Assembly (NCBI GenBank): GCA_977030845.1
Contig: OZ365111.1
Span: 47,988,001 to 48,052,000, forward strand
DNA length: 64,000 nucleotides
Reading direction: 5' to 3'
From: Fimbriosthenelais zetlandica
Taxonomy: Eukaryota
The notes beneath the pieces are model-generated. The model saw only the letters and a list, made by a program, of their open reading frames with translations, had not been told where the DNA came from and ran no database searches. The position numbers and the translations under genes are program-made. Below, piece after piece: positions 25,821-39,158 of this stretch (positions within the stretch are counted from its first letter, which is position 1; every line of letters starts with the position of its first letter).

Positions 25821-28800
25821 CGGAGGTCTAGCTGACAGATGGTGGGCCTCCTTGTGGGGAGCACTCCGTCTCGCTGTCACAAACTCATTTGCATATTAGT
25901 TGCCAGCTTCCCTCTCAGGTGGCGCAACACAACTTAAGGTGCAGGCAAAGTGATGCCCGCCGCTGATGGCAAGGCGATAATAGGGCAATGAGCAATGATA
26001 AATAGCAGTTTATGCAAAGGAAAAGCTTAAGCGCTCGTACGAAGGCGACCCATTTCTCACTCTCACTTCCCTGTGAGTTGATTTTGCAAATTGACTAGAA
26101 ATTTGAAAGAAAAATGACAAGCCAGGGAACATCTTGAAAAAGCATGCCGAGGAGAAGTTTCTAAATTGGCCGGGGTTCATTTAATGTGGATGGATGGTCC
26201 CTGGCAATTGCTTTATAATTCATGCAATAAGGAGATTTTCAAGAGCCATTTCTGAAGCATCATGTTTAATACTGCTTCTTGCTGGCGTATCATGCCTGAT
26301 AATGAGGCCTCTTCATGCCAAATCCTCTTCAAGATTAGGAGATGAGATGTTATTTTCCTCATCAAGATACTGCCGCCGTCTTAATGGCGGCATCATGCCT
26401 TACATGCATTAGCTCCGGCCACTTTCCATTAAGCCATTAGCATAGCAAGAAGATAGCATCAAATTGAGTTCTCATGACGGAGATCAGTCCCGATGAATGG
26501 GCATGAATAAGGAAAGAAGAGATGAATATTAGTTCTTGGGGAGAGCAATCGAAAGACATTATGGGTGTTTTGGATGCCCTGCCTTTCCTCTCTTTGTCGG
26601 CGCGATTAGCAAGTTTCTGCGATTGTCGGTTGGCCTAAGCCTTGGTTGATGTTTGTCGTCGTCGGGGCTTGAGTCTCGGGGCTCTCCCGGGCTCCAATCG
26701 CCTCATTCATCATGATAGCAGACCGGTCCTCTTGCCATACTCAATACCACTTGTCCTTCCCTAATCTTCCAATGGCACTCTGACAAATTCCATCCCGCAT
26801 CGGCAAATAAGCCAAGTTAGTTCTTGGCTTTCTAAGGACAATGCGGGGAACGGCGCAGGCCGTCAGCTTGGATTTGGAACTGGCATCTCCGGGGAATGGT
26901 GATTTGCCCATACTGAGAATCAGCCCTCAATAAAGATTTCCCCTCTAATTGTTGTCTGCTGCTAATTTCTTCTTGAGGTTATGATGGAGACAGAAGTAAT
27001 TTTTCACATGCATTTCTTGGCGGGTGCTCAAGGCCGGAGTTGGGGGAGATAAATCAGATCAGCTGCTGACCGTCCTTGACAAGGCAAGCCAGGTTGGGAC
27101 CCACGAAAACCAATAAAGAGCGACCCCTCCCACCGAGAAATAGAATTATGGTCATCCTTTGCTACAAGGAAATTCTAAATTACGCTCGATATACGCAGGA
27201 CTGCCCTGCGGGAGCCTGCACTGCCATCTATCTCCTACTTTAAATTCAGCTGGGAAGAGCCTGAGGTATTCTGGGTAAATTCGGGTGAGCTGCTCAATGG
27301 CGCCGGTGACATCTATCCAAGACCTGAGGTCCCGGTAGCCATTGTGGTCGCTGACCTTCGGTGGCGGCAAAGAATGCCAATTGCAAATACTTGATGGATG
27401 TCATTAAGGGCGCTGTCAATGGCCGTCCGACCCTGACCAGGCCTGGTCTTTAAGGAATGCCAATGGGATGGCAAGAGATGAGCAACCGTTATGACGCCTG
27501 CGAACCGCCAGGGCTTCCAACTTGCTGACAGTACAACACCGCTGGAATTAATGAGCTTTTCATTGGGTTCCTCTGAGACATCCCTAGTCCCCCTTTCCAA
27601 CAGACAATCAATTAACTTGCCATCCTCAAATGGTCGCTCAACAAATGCTGGCATCGAAGGAGCAGCAAAATTTCCTGACAATTAAAACAATCCCCTGAGG
27701 AACAGAGTTCCAATTTTCGCCACGGTTCTGGGAGCAGGCAGCCCTCAACCGTTGATTACTTCTACCGCAGCATGCTGGGAAATGAAGATAGTAATTAGAG
27801 CCATACGCTTTGTGTTGTGCGTCTAGCGGAGTCCCTCTAGTGGCGAAGAGGAGAACCATCAGAGTGTGCTGACATGTCGTAATTGCTGACCCAAGACCTG
27901 TGTATGATGTGGCTAGGGGAAGATAATTCGAGCGGCCAACCAACACGGGCCTGCTAGATTAATGAACATTAATCTTCGAGGAATGTAGGCAGGGGAACAA
28001 ACAGAGGAACGAGGCAAACGACCACCGCGGCCGCCATCATCCGATTAGGCAAACCAGGGTCATCTTAAACTTTAGAGGGGTGATAGTTGGGTATGATATA
28101 GGCATAAACAGCTTGGGGGGAAAGCATAACTATTAGGAGGACATTGTCTGATTATGTATAATCCAATCAAGAACGTTGTGCGCCGTCCAGGGCATTATTG
28201 TGTTCATTCAACTAAATTGCATTATGTTGTCTGGTGCCTATGATCTCCAAGAGGCCATTATTCTCCGATCGCAATATAATTGTCGCGTTTATCGGTGCTC
28301 TGGTGCAGGGTGCATTATGTACACTGACAACTCGTCAGAGCATGAGCGGCAGATGTAGTCTGAGAATGATCTGTTGGTCTGGTCACTGTTTGTTAGCCAT
28401 GATAGAAATGTCCAGTTGGAAGAATGATTCATTCTGGATTCACACAAATCATGCAGAGCAACAGTGAACTGCAGTGCAGTTTAATAATCACTGTTGCATT
28501 ATGCCAGTATTTGTATGATATATGTATATCAAACACATAATGATTCACACCAAATAGGGTCATTGCACGGCAATGCTTTACCATGTTTAGCAATGATCTC
28601 ATGAAACATGTATATCAAATTCAAGTTTCGTTGAAGAGATGTGCATGACTCTTTGTGCCTGAGTTTCCTTTAATATAAATCTCCGAAAGGACATTCACCT
28701 CTTCATCTGAGATGAACATTGAAAGCATATAAGTGATCCAGAGGAAACGTGAGCTCAAAGGTTATTGGTGGTCATCCTATGTCCCTAACCCCTTTTTCCC

Positions 28801-31800
28801 GATACTACTTAACCATGTAAAGGCCTGCCGAATAAGAAACAGTTTTCCTACATTATTGAGGCCAAGAAATAATACAAGGATTGCGGTTATTCCAAGTTGC
28901 TGTGATTTACACTATACAAAGTATTAGATGCATCATATCTATTATGAAATGTATATAAATAATCGCCTACGCCAGTGGGTTTTTGAGAGAACAATCCAAT
29001 ACATTTGTTTGTGTGGGTGGAGTAAAAGCTGAACCAGGGATATGGAAATTGCCAGCAAAGTAAAACATGGAGAGACATATCAGAGAAACAAATTAATTTT
29101 TATCATGTCCTCCTTTATCCCACATTTTTTGGCCTGAACACGAGATGAAGTATTGTCTAGTGTCCATAGGATCGGCCTTCCTCTGCCAGTCTTTGTACGC
29201 AATGCTGCTTGCACGCAAAGTCTCTCTTGGAGATGGACCTGACGGGCTCTAACCCCTTTTAGCACGGTCTTGCACAGCTGCAATTAATTGCAGGGGAGGG
29301 GATAAAAGTATCTACTGAAGCAGTTGACGTTCTTTGATATATTGCCTCCCCAAAGTCATGATAATTTTTCTCCTTCCATCTCTATGCCATTTTATCGATG
29401 CCTAATGACTACTTTTGTTTGGGAATGGACAGTTGAAAACAACTGAGATAGTAGATTGTAATTTTGTGCCAATATTTCAACTTGTTGAGTCAATATTCCA
29501 ATGGGATTTTTAAAAGTTTGGGGCAAAACCTCTTCTTGCGACGAGGGTGATTTATTCATATTTCATTGGCTTTGTTGCATAATACATTTCAAGTACAGAG
29601 GCAATATTTCTGTTGCATCGATAATATTGATTGGGTTTCTTGATGGTCTCAGTGGATTGAGGCAGGCTATCTGCTTGTTTCTATATGGAATGAAGAATTA
29701 GGATTGTATAAACCGTGCTGTAGTTGGATAGAAATGCTTTAAAAAGATTTCCTGCCACATACACTTACACTAAAATAGTTCCAGAAGGTGGATTCCAGGA
29801 GACATATAGCTCAGGTATAGGTCATGGCAAGAAGAATACGACTAGAATGACATGTATTTCTGCACATGTATTTTTGCATAAATACATGCATGCTTTGTGT
29901 GTATACTACGTTTGTTGTGAAAGATTATTTGTCGGTTTTATAATTCATGATCAAACACATTACAGTCATGTCACAGTGCATTGGACCTCTTAAGAATCTG
30001 TTGCCTTGCTTCGTGTTCAACCAACTGGACCAGCCACCACTGATAAGTCTGCATTGTTTCAATTATCCAGCGTCCCATGCTTCAATTATTTCATGTCCAT
30101 AATCCACGGGCGAGCAACTCAGCAAACTAGCGATGAGCTCCTTATTCTCCCGTGCCGGCCGTTTGGCGCGCCTCGGTAAGCGGTTACTGGGCACCAGAGG
30201 GCGTAGTGGAGGTTACATTTCAATTAATCACACCAGGAGCGGGGCGGCTTTATTGTAGTTGTCACATGCTCCAGTGAGAAGATGATTAACCCTGGATGGT
30301 TGGTACACACCTTAGAGAGGGTAGTAGGGGGAGGCGAGAAGAGGAGGAGCTAGGTGGTGGGTGTGGGGTGCTTGGCTCTACTGGCTCTGTCTGAGAGCCT
30401 GGGCTGCACGTTTGACACACCGACCCGTCCTGTGAATTGTGCTCCAAAATTAATGTCCCGCAGTGCATGCCTTGGGAACAATAATAAGATCTGGAAGTTG
30501 TAGATAAGGCATGATCAGAGCCTGTATTGTCTTTGAAAAATATCCATCCATCCTCGCAGTGTACAGGCCGGTCGCCGACCCCTTGGAATTCCTGTTAACC
30601 TTGGGAGACCCTGGCCCTCTGTTGCCAAGGAAATTGGCAAAGAGCCTAGGAGGCGACTTGAAGGCCAAGTCATAAGTCACTCACATTGTGCTGACATTGG
30701 GGTCGAGCAGCGCCTATAGAACACTGACTTACAGACTCCCTCCTGCCAGACACCGATAGCTCCTTTCATGATAGGAACGCCACAATAATGATTGAAAAGC
30801 CTCCATACACCTTCCCTGGCCCCATCACACTCTAACCCAGGGAATCCATTTCCTGGGTACATCACTTTTTTAAAGAAAATTTTAGAATGCTTAAGACCTT
30901 TTTTAGATATGACCACATATGAATGCTTGTGTCAATACAAATTTAATAGTTTACAGATAAAATGATGAAATGGACTGAAATGTAACTGTGTAGCAATGCA
31001 CATCACACCTGGTTAACTCCACAATTTATTGGATTAGAATATGACTGTAAATGGCCTGAGGTAAGAAACCTGATAGCCGTCTCCCGCCCCAGTTTTGACA
31101 TATCTTGTCTCCAAATAGGCTGAGAGAATAATGAGCACATGCCACATCAAACTCTACAAAACACCACAAACTACAATTGTCTGCTCTCAAACAAATGCCT
31201 GGTGCTCTTTATTCAACAAGAGAATCTTCCAGAACAAAGTTATCTTCATGTCACCACCTCATCCATAGCCACAGACCAACAAATGGAGACTATTCGCCTG
31301 TACAGACAGCACTGTGGTAAACTGGGAGTATCTCTTTCCTTTCATACAAGGCTTTTGACATTCCTCTTGTGTATTTCTCTTTTTGACCTTCTCCTTAGGA
31401 GGACGCGTGCCAGTAAGGACGCACAGACAGACATTCTGACAGCCGCCGTAACTCCATCCACCACCAAGTGTTTCCCGACTTGCCTCAGATGAAGACTCCA
31501 GCTGTCTGACAGTGACATTCAAGCCCTTATTTCGCTCTAAGCAATGTGGCAAAGTGACAGGCCTGCCTGTAAATGGCATATCAAGTACGCTTTCTTGCAG
31601 AGTTCACTTGAAAGCAAGCCCTGCCGCGAGCTACAAGATGTCAGCTCAACAGATCTTGTTGGCCGCGCCCGCCAGCCTCAATGCAAGCCGGCAATCAAAA
31701 GAAGAGGACATCAAAAGAGGCTTTGTTGGCAAGGCTCATATAAGCAGATCTCTTCCTCTCTCTACATCCTCTAAACCTTCTCTACACCCACTGCATGTTT

Positions 31801-33123
31801 ATCTTAATAACCTGGATCCACTATTATTGCCTAATGAGATCCCGTTACAGATATCCCCTCCGAATATTGTACCTGACATGGAGTCTTCTACTTCTTAATT
31901 TACAAATTATAGTACATCTGAGGTTTAAAAATCCCCAAGGTTCTTCAGACCGCACAATGTGTCATGATATACCAGAATGCTGGACTCTGATCCCCACTAT
32001 ATAAGGGTATCTGTCATAGTCCTTTGTTGACACTATTGTCTGCACATACAATTGTTCAGGTATCATTTTCGGGTGGTTTCCATTCAAGACAATAGCTTGA
32101 AAGAAAACATGACTGACAAAATCACAGGTTTGACTTAGGCCTGTACCTCATTGATCAATAACGAAATATGGGTGTTTCACATCGATATGTAGGGCTAAAA
32201 AATCTGCCAAAGGATTTTTCCTTTTCAAAAATAGCAGTAGGCATAACTAGGTACTTTAGGAAGTCACCCAAAATTTCAGGCCTTGCTGATATCCTTCAGG
32301 CAGACAGCTCAAGTGTCCCTTTACAAAGAAACCACCTGAATCCTTCCTTTTAATGTGGTCCAGAACACAAAAAGTAAGCAGGTAAAGAAGAAAACTAATC
32401 AGTGTCAGTAGAAAAGGGGGTTAGCTGGGTCTGAAGTCAGCCTTGTGTGGCCCCATCATTCTGCACCTGAGGTAAAGATGATCACCGTCTTTGGATCGGG
32501 TATCAAAGTGACAAATAATTAGGGGAAGTCTTGCCTGCCATCTCACGCAAAGACAGTTCCAAAGGAGCTGCGTGTCAAGAATGGTTGTAGATTGATTGAA
32601 AACTGATTAGGCCATAGCAATGGTTTATTCATCATCTGACAAGCATTATGTTTAGTTTTTCCACAGCAAAACCTGATGTTCATGTGGAGAGTGCCATTGT
32701 TTTATACCCAAGAAGTATACCCTGACAGGGCAGGTGCACGAGATTAACAGACATCTTCCGTGCAATGCTCCAACATGAAAGACTAACCGTGCAGAGCAAT
32801 TTCCATAAAGATTCCCTTTGTGACACAAAGTTTATATCTGATACATTTGCGATAATGGGAAGTGGCAGTATAGCAGTTACTCTAGTAGCTGGGAGACATG
32901 GAAGCGGCACTGCCAGGTGTGAATGGGTTCACACATGTTGATGACCTCAAGCAGGAAGATCGGGGCTGAACATGTCCAGAGAACACACCAACCTTACAAA
33001 CATGTATAAACTTACAAACACTCTTACTAACACCCTGACCACTACATCACATAAATCCTCACACAAGATGGCGCTGTCTCATGCGACGAGGCAATCATAT
33101 TATGTCTTGTTTGGACCTGCTAA

Positions 33124-34390
33124 CCCAGCGGGCACAGCACGTGGTAATGACGAGGAAACTTGGTGGCAATTGGGGAATTTGGTGGCACCCCCAAATAACC
33201 ACATATTTTCCACGTGTTTTGGTGACGTGGTAATGCCCACGTGAATGTCACATATTTTACATGTGAAAATACCCACGTGGGAAACTTGCCACATGTTTTC
33301 CACATGGTTTTCGTCACGTGTAATGTGGGAATGATATTCACGTGGATATGACATGGTATTTTGGTGAAAGTAACCATGTGGCGTCTGGCCACATGCTGTC
33401 CACGTGATTTTCCTCACGTGTATTTTATGGGGGGAACTGATGTGGATGTCATGTGATAGATGTCACGTGGTGAACTTGCCACGTGATATCAATGTGGTGT
33501 TGGTGACAAAAATATTGGGGAATTACAGACACGTGGATATCACATGGGTTTAACATTAAAGTAGCCACGTGGATTTTGACCATGTGTTTTCTATGTGGTT
33601 TATGTCACGTAGATATTATAGGGGGGATGTGACGTAAATATCACGTCTTTTTAGTAAAAAATTCCCACGTGGCAAATTGCCACATGTTTTCCATGTGGTT
33701 TTGGTGACATGGGTTTTAGGAGGACAAAGTGACGTGGATATGATGTGGCTCAAAGGTGGAACCAGCCTCGTGGCAAATTGCCACATGTTTTCCATGTGGT
33801 TTTGGTGACATGGGTTTTAGGAGGACAAAGTGACGTGGATATCATGTGGCTCAAAGGTGGAACCAGCCTCGTGGCAAATTGCCACATGTTTTCCATGTGG
33901 TTTTGGTGACATGGGTTTTAGGAGGACAAAGTGACGTGGATATCATGTGGCTCAAAGGTGGAACCAGCCTCGTGGCAAATTGCCACATGTTTTCCATGTG
34001 GTTTTGGTGACATGGGTTTTAGGAGGACAAAGTGATGTGAATATCACGTGGTTCAAAGGTGGAAGCAGCCTCGTGGCAAACTGGCCACATGTATTTCACG
34101 TGGTGTTGGAGACGTAGGTTTTCAGGGGAGAAAGTGACATGGTTATCATGTGGTTCTGACGTGGAAGCAGCCTCGTGGCAAACTGCCATGTGTTTTTCCT
34201 GTGGTTTAGGTGACATGGATTTTTTTGGAAAAAAGTGTAGTAGAGATCACGTGGTTCAAATGTGGAAGCTACCTCGTGGCAAACTGGCTACGTGTTTGCC
34301 ACATGGTGTTGGCTATGTGTATTTTACTGGAGAAAATGACGTGGTTATCACGTGGTTTGAAGATGGAAGTTTAACACATGGAAAACTGGG
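33124..34390. repeat. Left subterminal CACGTG-rich array of the CACTA element
   Basis: About 17 exact CACGTG by hand count plus many CACATG/CATGTG variants, with roughly 100-bp periodicity. Confidence 0.9.
33668..34376. repeat. 101-bp tandem repeat, about 7 units
   Basis: CGTGGCAAA recurs at 33668, 33769, 33870, 33971, 34072, 34174 and 34275. The first units are nearly identical and later ones diverge. Confidence 0.9.
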
Positions 34391-36800
34391 CACTTTTAAA
34401 CAACCAACTCTAAACAATTATAATATGAACAACAGGGCACTAAATTAGAGAAGGGACGCTTTCATCTATTGACAAGTCGTTGTTTAAGGAAGTGAAAGAA
34501 GTTATACAAATGTACCTGAATGGTGGGGAGCTGTACGATATATATATAGTATATATACCCCCACCATATAGACATATCTATCTATATGTCTTTAACACTA
34601 ACCTAACAAAAGTTTTCCATGCAGACTTATGCATGGGAAATGATCTAAATTTTGGTAGGTGTGTGTGTGTACATGTACATACATGTATTACGACTTGTCT
34701 CCCTCAAGAATGATAACTAATATTTGATCTCATATGGTGTATCTTGTGAAATTTTGATGGCATTATGCAAGACATAAATTCAAATTTAAGAAATTATGAA
34801 TGAATATTCCGACTATAGTGTGGAATAGTTGGTCATAAGAAGAGAATCAGAACACCAGATATCAAAATTAACTTTAAACCCTTTTCACTGATCGACTTGC
34901 CCAGGTCCCCCTTTTAGTTTTTCTTTTTGATGTTGAATCATAACATTAACAATATAATGAATGCATTGATGTTGAATAATAACAATAAAATGCATTTGCC
35001 TACCTACACGAAAAACAATGAAATAATATGCTATTACTAGGTTTGAGTTTGTTATATCGAAACGAATGTAAAGAGTGGGTTCTGTCATTGGGTTGAAATG
35101 TTAGTTTTGAAAGATATAATATTATTAATTGATCATATAGGCGGGGCAGGTCATTTGATTTACAATTGGAATTTATAATAGAGTATTAGGGGAGGTATCT
35201 ATCTACTCTTACAGTGTAGAAATAAAGCTATACCTACAAAAATATGATAAAGAATAACTAGCAATGGCAAGTCTATGTTTGACCATCGAGAGCCATGCAG
35301 TAGGTAAGGGTCAAGGGGTAAGAGATGAGGTAAGGTGGCGTGGTGGCACCCTCCGTACCCTGCTGTGTGGAGGAGTCGGGTGTGGGGAGGTATCTAGGTT
35401 GTAGGAGGCTGAGTATATGAACCAGTGAACTTCCATGACCTCTCAGACCATGAAAAAGGCGCGACAATCTTTAATGAAAGACCTCTCACAATCTTCCACC
35501 TAAATATTATCGTTATTTATTCTATGTGTACTTACTACAAATAATTAACTATATGAAATCTACCTACACCTGCCCAATATACGAGGTAGTGGATTTTATT
35601 ATCTTTCAGTCCAATCAAACATATAATACCTTTGCATTATGAATGTCTTTATAGTATTTCTCCATATATTGTTAACCAAAAGATAATGAATTGAGAAATT
35701 GATGGAAAATAAAAGGCAACACATGTGTTTGAGTGACCCCATGTGGGTAAAATATGCGCCTTCATGCATTGTGTGGAAATATATTAGAAAATGTTGTATT
35801 CTTATATTTCCTTCAGCCTTCACAAACGAATATTATTTTTAAACGCATTCTACAGATATATATTTTTGTGCTGTGATCAGATGCCGACCTCACATGCAAG
35901 ATCTGCTCACAAATCGGACCAGATCTGATCTGGCTGATCACATAAACAATATATTATATACAGATCGATGAGAGTCAGATATGTGTTAAATAGCATGTGT
36001 TTGGCTAAAATCCTTCAGAATAATTAATCCACGAACTTGCAATAAGTAGACCCCATCATTTTCATTCTTAGACAACTTATTATTCAGCACATCAGAAATT
36101 TCTCTTATATAAATCATTAATTATTAGTCATTTTCATGTAGTATTACTGGGAAATATACCTCCGACATCGCTTAAGATTATAATATTCTTTATTCTGATG
36201 ACTTGGATCTGATGGATTTGTCCTATTGTTTCACTGATAATTTAAGTCAACATATAGTTGTGTAATTATAATTTCTGTGCATTATAGGTGTGAAAATCAC
36301 CAGACGGTCTCCAATCAATTTTTGTTTCTTGAAACTGAACGGATTTGGCCTTCAGAACTTGATCCGATTTGGAGTTAATAAATTAAATGATACTAATGGC
36401 GCCTCTCCTTGAAAACTTCCTGAGATTTCTTGGATGTGGCCATGAAGACTAGTGTACTATAACAATCCAATAATATTTTGAACCTGGCTGCAGTTTAGGC
36501 GGACATCCTAAAACATGAACTTTCAATTTATACCTAAAAATGTAATAGACCTGATTGCTCCATGGGTCGAACTTTTGGGTACAAGTAATTTACATGTATG
36601 TGTATTTATATGATTGTTTCCAAGTGTCAAAATCGGCTTTTATTTCTCTTCAAAAGTGTTATAAAGTAGGATATCATTATGACAGTATATACTATTTTGA
36701 GCATCGTGTCCTTTGATATCCAGTCCATTAATGTTTCAATAACGATTCTATAGGCAGAGGGCTTAAACCTCGATATGAATAAATAACTTATATTTCAATG

Positions 36801-36930
36801 GAAACTATGGAGGTTCATAGTATTCTCAGGAGTCAACTTGCCTAAGTATCTAAATTTTCCCATAACTTGTAGTAATTTTATAGAAACTATGGAAGTTTTT
36901 GATGTACTCAGCAGTAGACTTGGCTAGGTC
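36801..36930. repeat. Diverged short direct duplication (period 82 bp)
   Basis: GAAACTATGGAGGTT...CTCAGGAGTCAACTTGCCTAAGT from 36801 versus GAAACTATGGAAGTT...CTCAGCAGTAGACTTGGCTAGGT from 36883. Confidence 0.55.
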
Positions 36931-37208
36931 AGTTTCTTTCAATCTCTTTCATGTCTAAATATAAAATAGATAACTGGTAGGTTTATTTCAGCTTCAACAC
37001 TTCGAGTCCAACTGACCAATAAATAAAATCAAGTCCTTTCCCGAGATGTACTGGGGAAAAATGCCGTGTTGGTGATGTTAGTCAATGAGCATGATATTAT
37101 GATGTCATTGGGAGGAGGGGACTGGAGTAGGAAGGATGCGGGCACGTCTACGGTAGGACTGGAGGAGGGGAGGAGGGGAGGAGGCTGAGGGGACACTCAT
37201 GGATATAC

Positions 37209-37295
37209 ATTGGGGCGGGGGCAATAAAATAAACCGTTGACCTACACCTGACCTGGAGAGACCGTGGTGATGTTATAGCTAGGGTCAAAAGGTCA
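37209..37295 (+). promoter_or_regulatory. Promoter-like module 1 inside the CACTA element, with DR5 and DR2 nuclear-receptor repeats
   Basis: ATTGG 37209, GGGGCGGGGG 37212-37221, A-rich box 37223-37233, TGACCT-ACACC-TGACCT 37238-37254 (DR5) and GGGTCA-AA-AGGTCA 37282-37295 (DR2). A donor GTAAGT follows at 37405. Confidence 0.45.
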
Positions 37296-37625
37296 CAATT
37301 CACCGGAAATGTCTAGAAAGGAAAAGCCCTTTAGCTGCCTACAGAGGTAGGATGACAGTTGACGATTTGAACTCGAGCAGTCCAGACGTGCACAGAGCGA
37401 GTGTGTAAGTATGGACTTTATATACTATTATCTTTTTAATTTGTTGGAAGGCCTATCTGGCTCAGAAAACATATGTAACCTTTCATTAAAAACAAATAAT
37501 CAAGCATTATTTAATTTGTCTATAACATACTGATATTGCACTCTTCACTAAAATACCACTTCGTTTTTGAGGGCCCTACATTGAAGCTACATGTATTATA
37601 ATGCAAACCTTTACTGATATTTCAG

Positions 37626-37686
37626 ATGCATATATAGTTCGCACATGAGGAATTCATAGACACTCGGCCAACAAAGTCATGGACAG
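37626..37686 (+). other. Candidate 61-nt exon (5' UTR or non-coding) inside the CACTA element
   Basis: Acceptor TTTACTGATATTTCAG| and donor CAG|GTATGA. All frames contain a stop. An ATG (GTCATGG) lies at 37679 just before the donor. Confidence 0.3.
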
Positions 37687-38056
37687 GTATGATTATTATT
37701 TTACTGTAATTATCAATTTATGTCACCGTTTTGGAAACTAAAAAGCACATTGTTGATTTATAGAATCAATACAAGTTTATAATGAATCAGATATTCCATA
37801 CCTTGCCTTCAGATCTCGTATACTAATCAAATTTTGTAAGATATTAAACCGTATATATTTGTTTCTTTTTACCCAGCAAACTAATTATATTTGTCTTTTC
37901 TAACTAGTTGAAGACCAACGCCCTACGGTAATGGGTCAGCTGAATATGAAGGGGCTAAACCCAGTGTGAAACTGGTCTTTGAATGGCACTCCCATCATAG
38001 GTGTGTATGAATTATTATGGCCGACATATATAAACGGGTGGAGGAAGAGGACCCCG

Positions 38057-38097
38057 GGGAGGTGGGTGGGGGTAGGGAGGTGGGTGGGGGTAGGGAG
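38057..38097 (+). repeat. G-rich 18-bp tandem duplication with G-quadruplex potential
   Basis: GGGAGGTGGGTGGGGGTA twice, followed by GGGAG. Confidence 0.7.
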
Positions 38098-38269
38098 AGT
38101 GAACTGTGGCGGGGATCACCCCCATACCAATTTTATCATTTAATGTCAGGTTTATCATCTAATTTCATTGGAAACGAAAAACATCGGGGTACGCTAATAG
38201 ACATGTATCTATAGGAGTTAAAGATTGATCCACATTTGCATGAAAGGCCCGTTACTGCCTGTTGTAACA

Positions 38270-38430
38270 CCCGCCTAACCTTCCCCGCCTATTGGTCCAC
38301 TGGGTCAGGGGGCTTGGCCCCGCTCAGCCAATCAGAGCACAGTAAACTATAAACAGATGCGAGTCGCTGGGACGCTGACCCCGTCTTGACCTGATAAGCC
38401 CCGCCTGGGTGTGTCCCTCATCCCCCGCCC
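38270..38430 (+). promoter_or_regulatory. Promoter-like module 2 inside the CACTA element, with a DR5 repeat
   Basis: GC boxes at 38270 and 38283 with two more near 38399 and 38422, ATTGG 38291, CCAAT 38329, TATAAA 38348-38353, and TGACCC-CGTCT-TGACCT 38376-38392 (DR5). Confidence 0.5.
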
Positions 38431-39158
38431 TCATCCCTAGTCTCTTCCACCCCATCTCTGCCTCCCTCGTCTCACTCAAATTTTGTTAGCTCAAAAAGTA
38501 AAGATCAAAATACACACTTAACAAATACCACGATAGGCGTCTATAATTATTGATTGCTACACTGCGACAAAGGAAAGAAACGAGTTCATGGACTGGTTTC
38601 ATAATGTGGGATTCATGTTTCCTCAATGACCAGTCATGGAGGAGAGACAGTGCGACCTCTACTCATTTTCGTATTATATGTCTATCACTATGGTTCATTA
38701 TCCTTTATAATTATGGCATCCATACATTTAGAGCAAGCATGGAAACTAGTTTTCGTGCTATGGTGGGGAAGACAGGTACTGTAGAGGCATGGTCACTTAC
38801 AAGTGGATTAGTATGCTACTGATGACTTGCACTTGCTTGTCATTAGGGAAAAGTGTGAAACGCTTATGAATTAAAATACTGACTGTAATATATCTAATAT
38901 GGGAGTTTAAATCAGACATGATTATAGACACAATTGGTTTCAGCCGAATATTTTTCGTTATTATTTTTAAAATTGAAAAGATAACATAAATTATATCCCC
39001 CTCCCCACCTACCCTGACCGCCGCCAAATCCCCCACCCTCACCCAGGCCAAATCCACGTCCCAATCATAATAAAAGTATTACTGTAGTTTTAGATTTTTA
39101 GATTTTCATTCCTAATAACATGAGCAAATAAGGGGGGAATAATATTTTTTAATTATCA

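Noticed and set aside
33100-34448. ORFs inside the CACGTG array, and a CRISPR-like appearance of the 101-bp repeat
   Set aside because: The ORFs arise from repeat periodicity. The units are contiguous with no unique spacers, no cas genes are present and the context is eukaryotic.
36160-36510. Possible decayed minus-strand exons of a CACTA accessory protein
   Set aside because: Acceptor-like sites exist, but every frame has stops and no transposase or accessory motif could be aligned with confidence.
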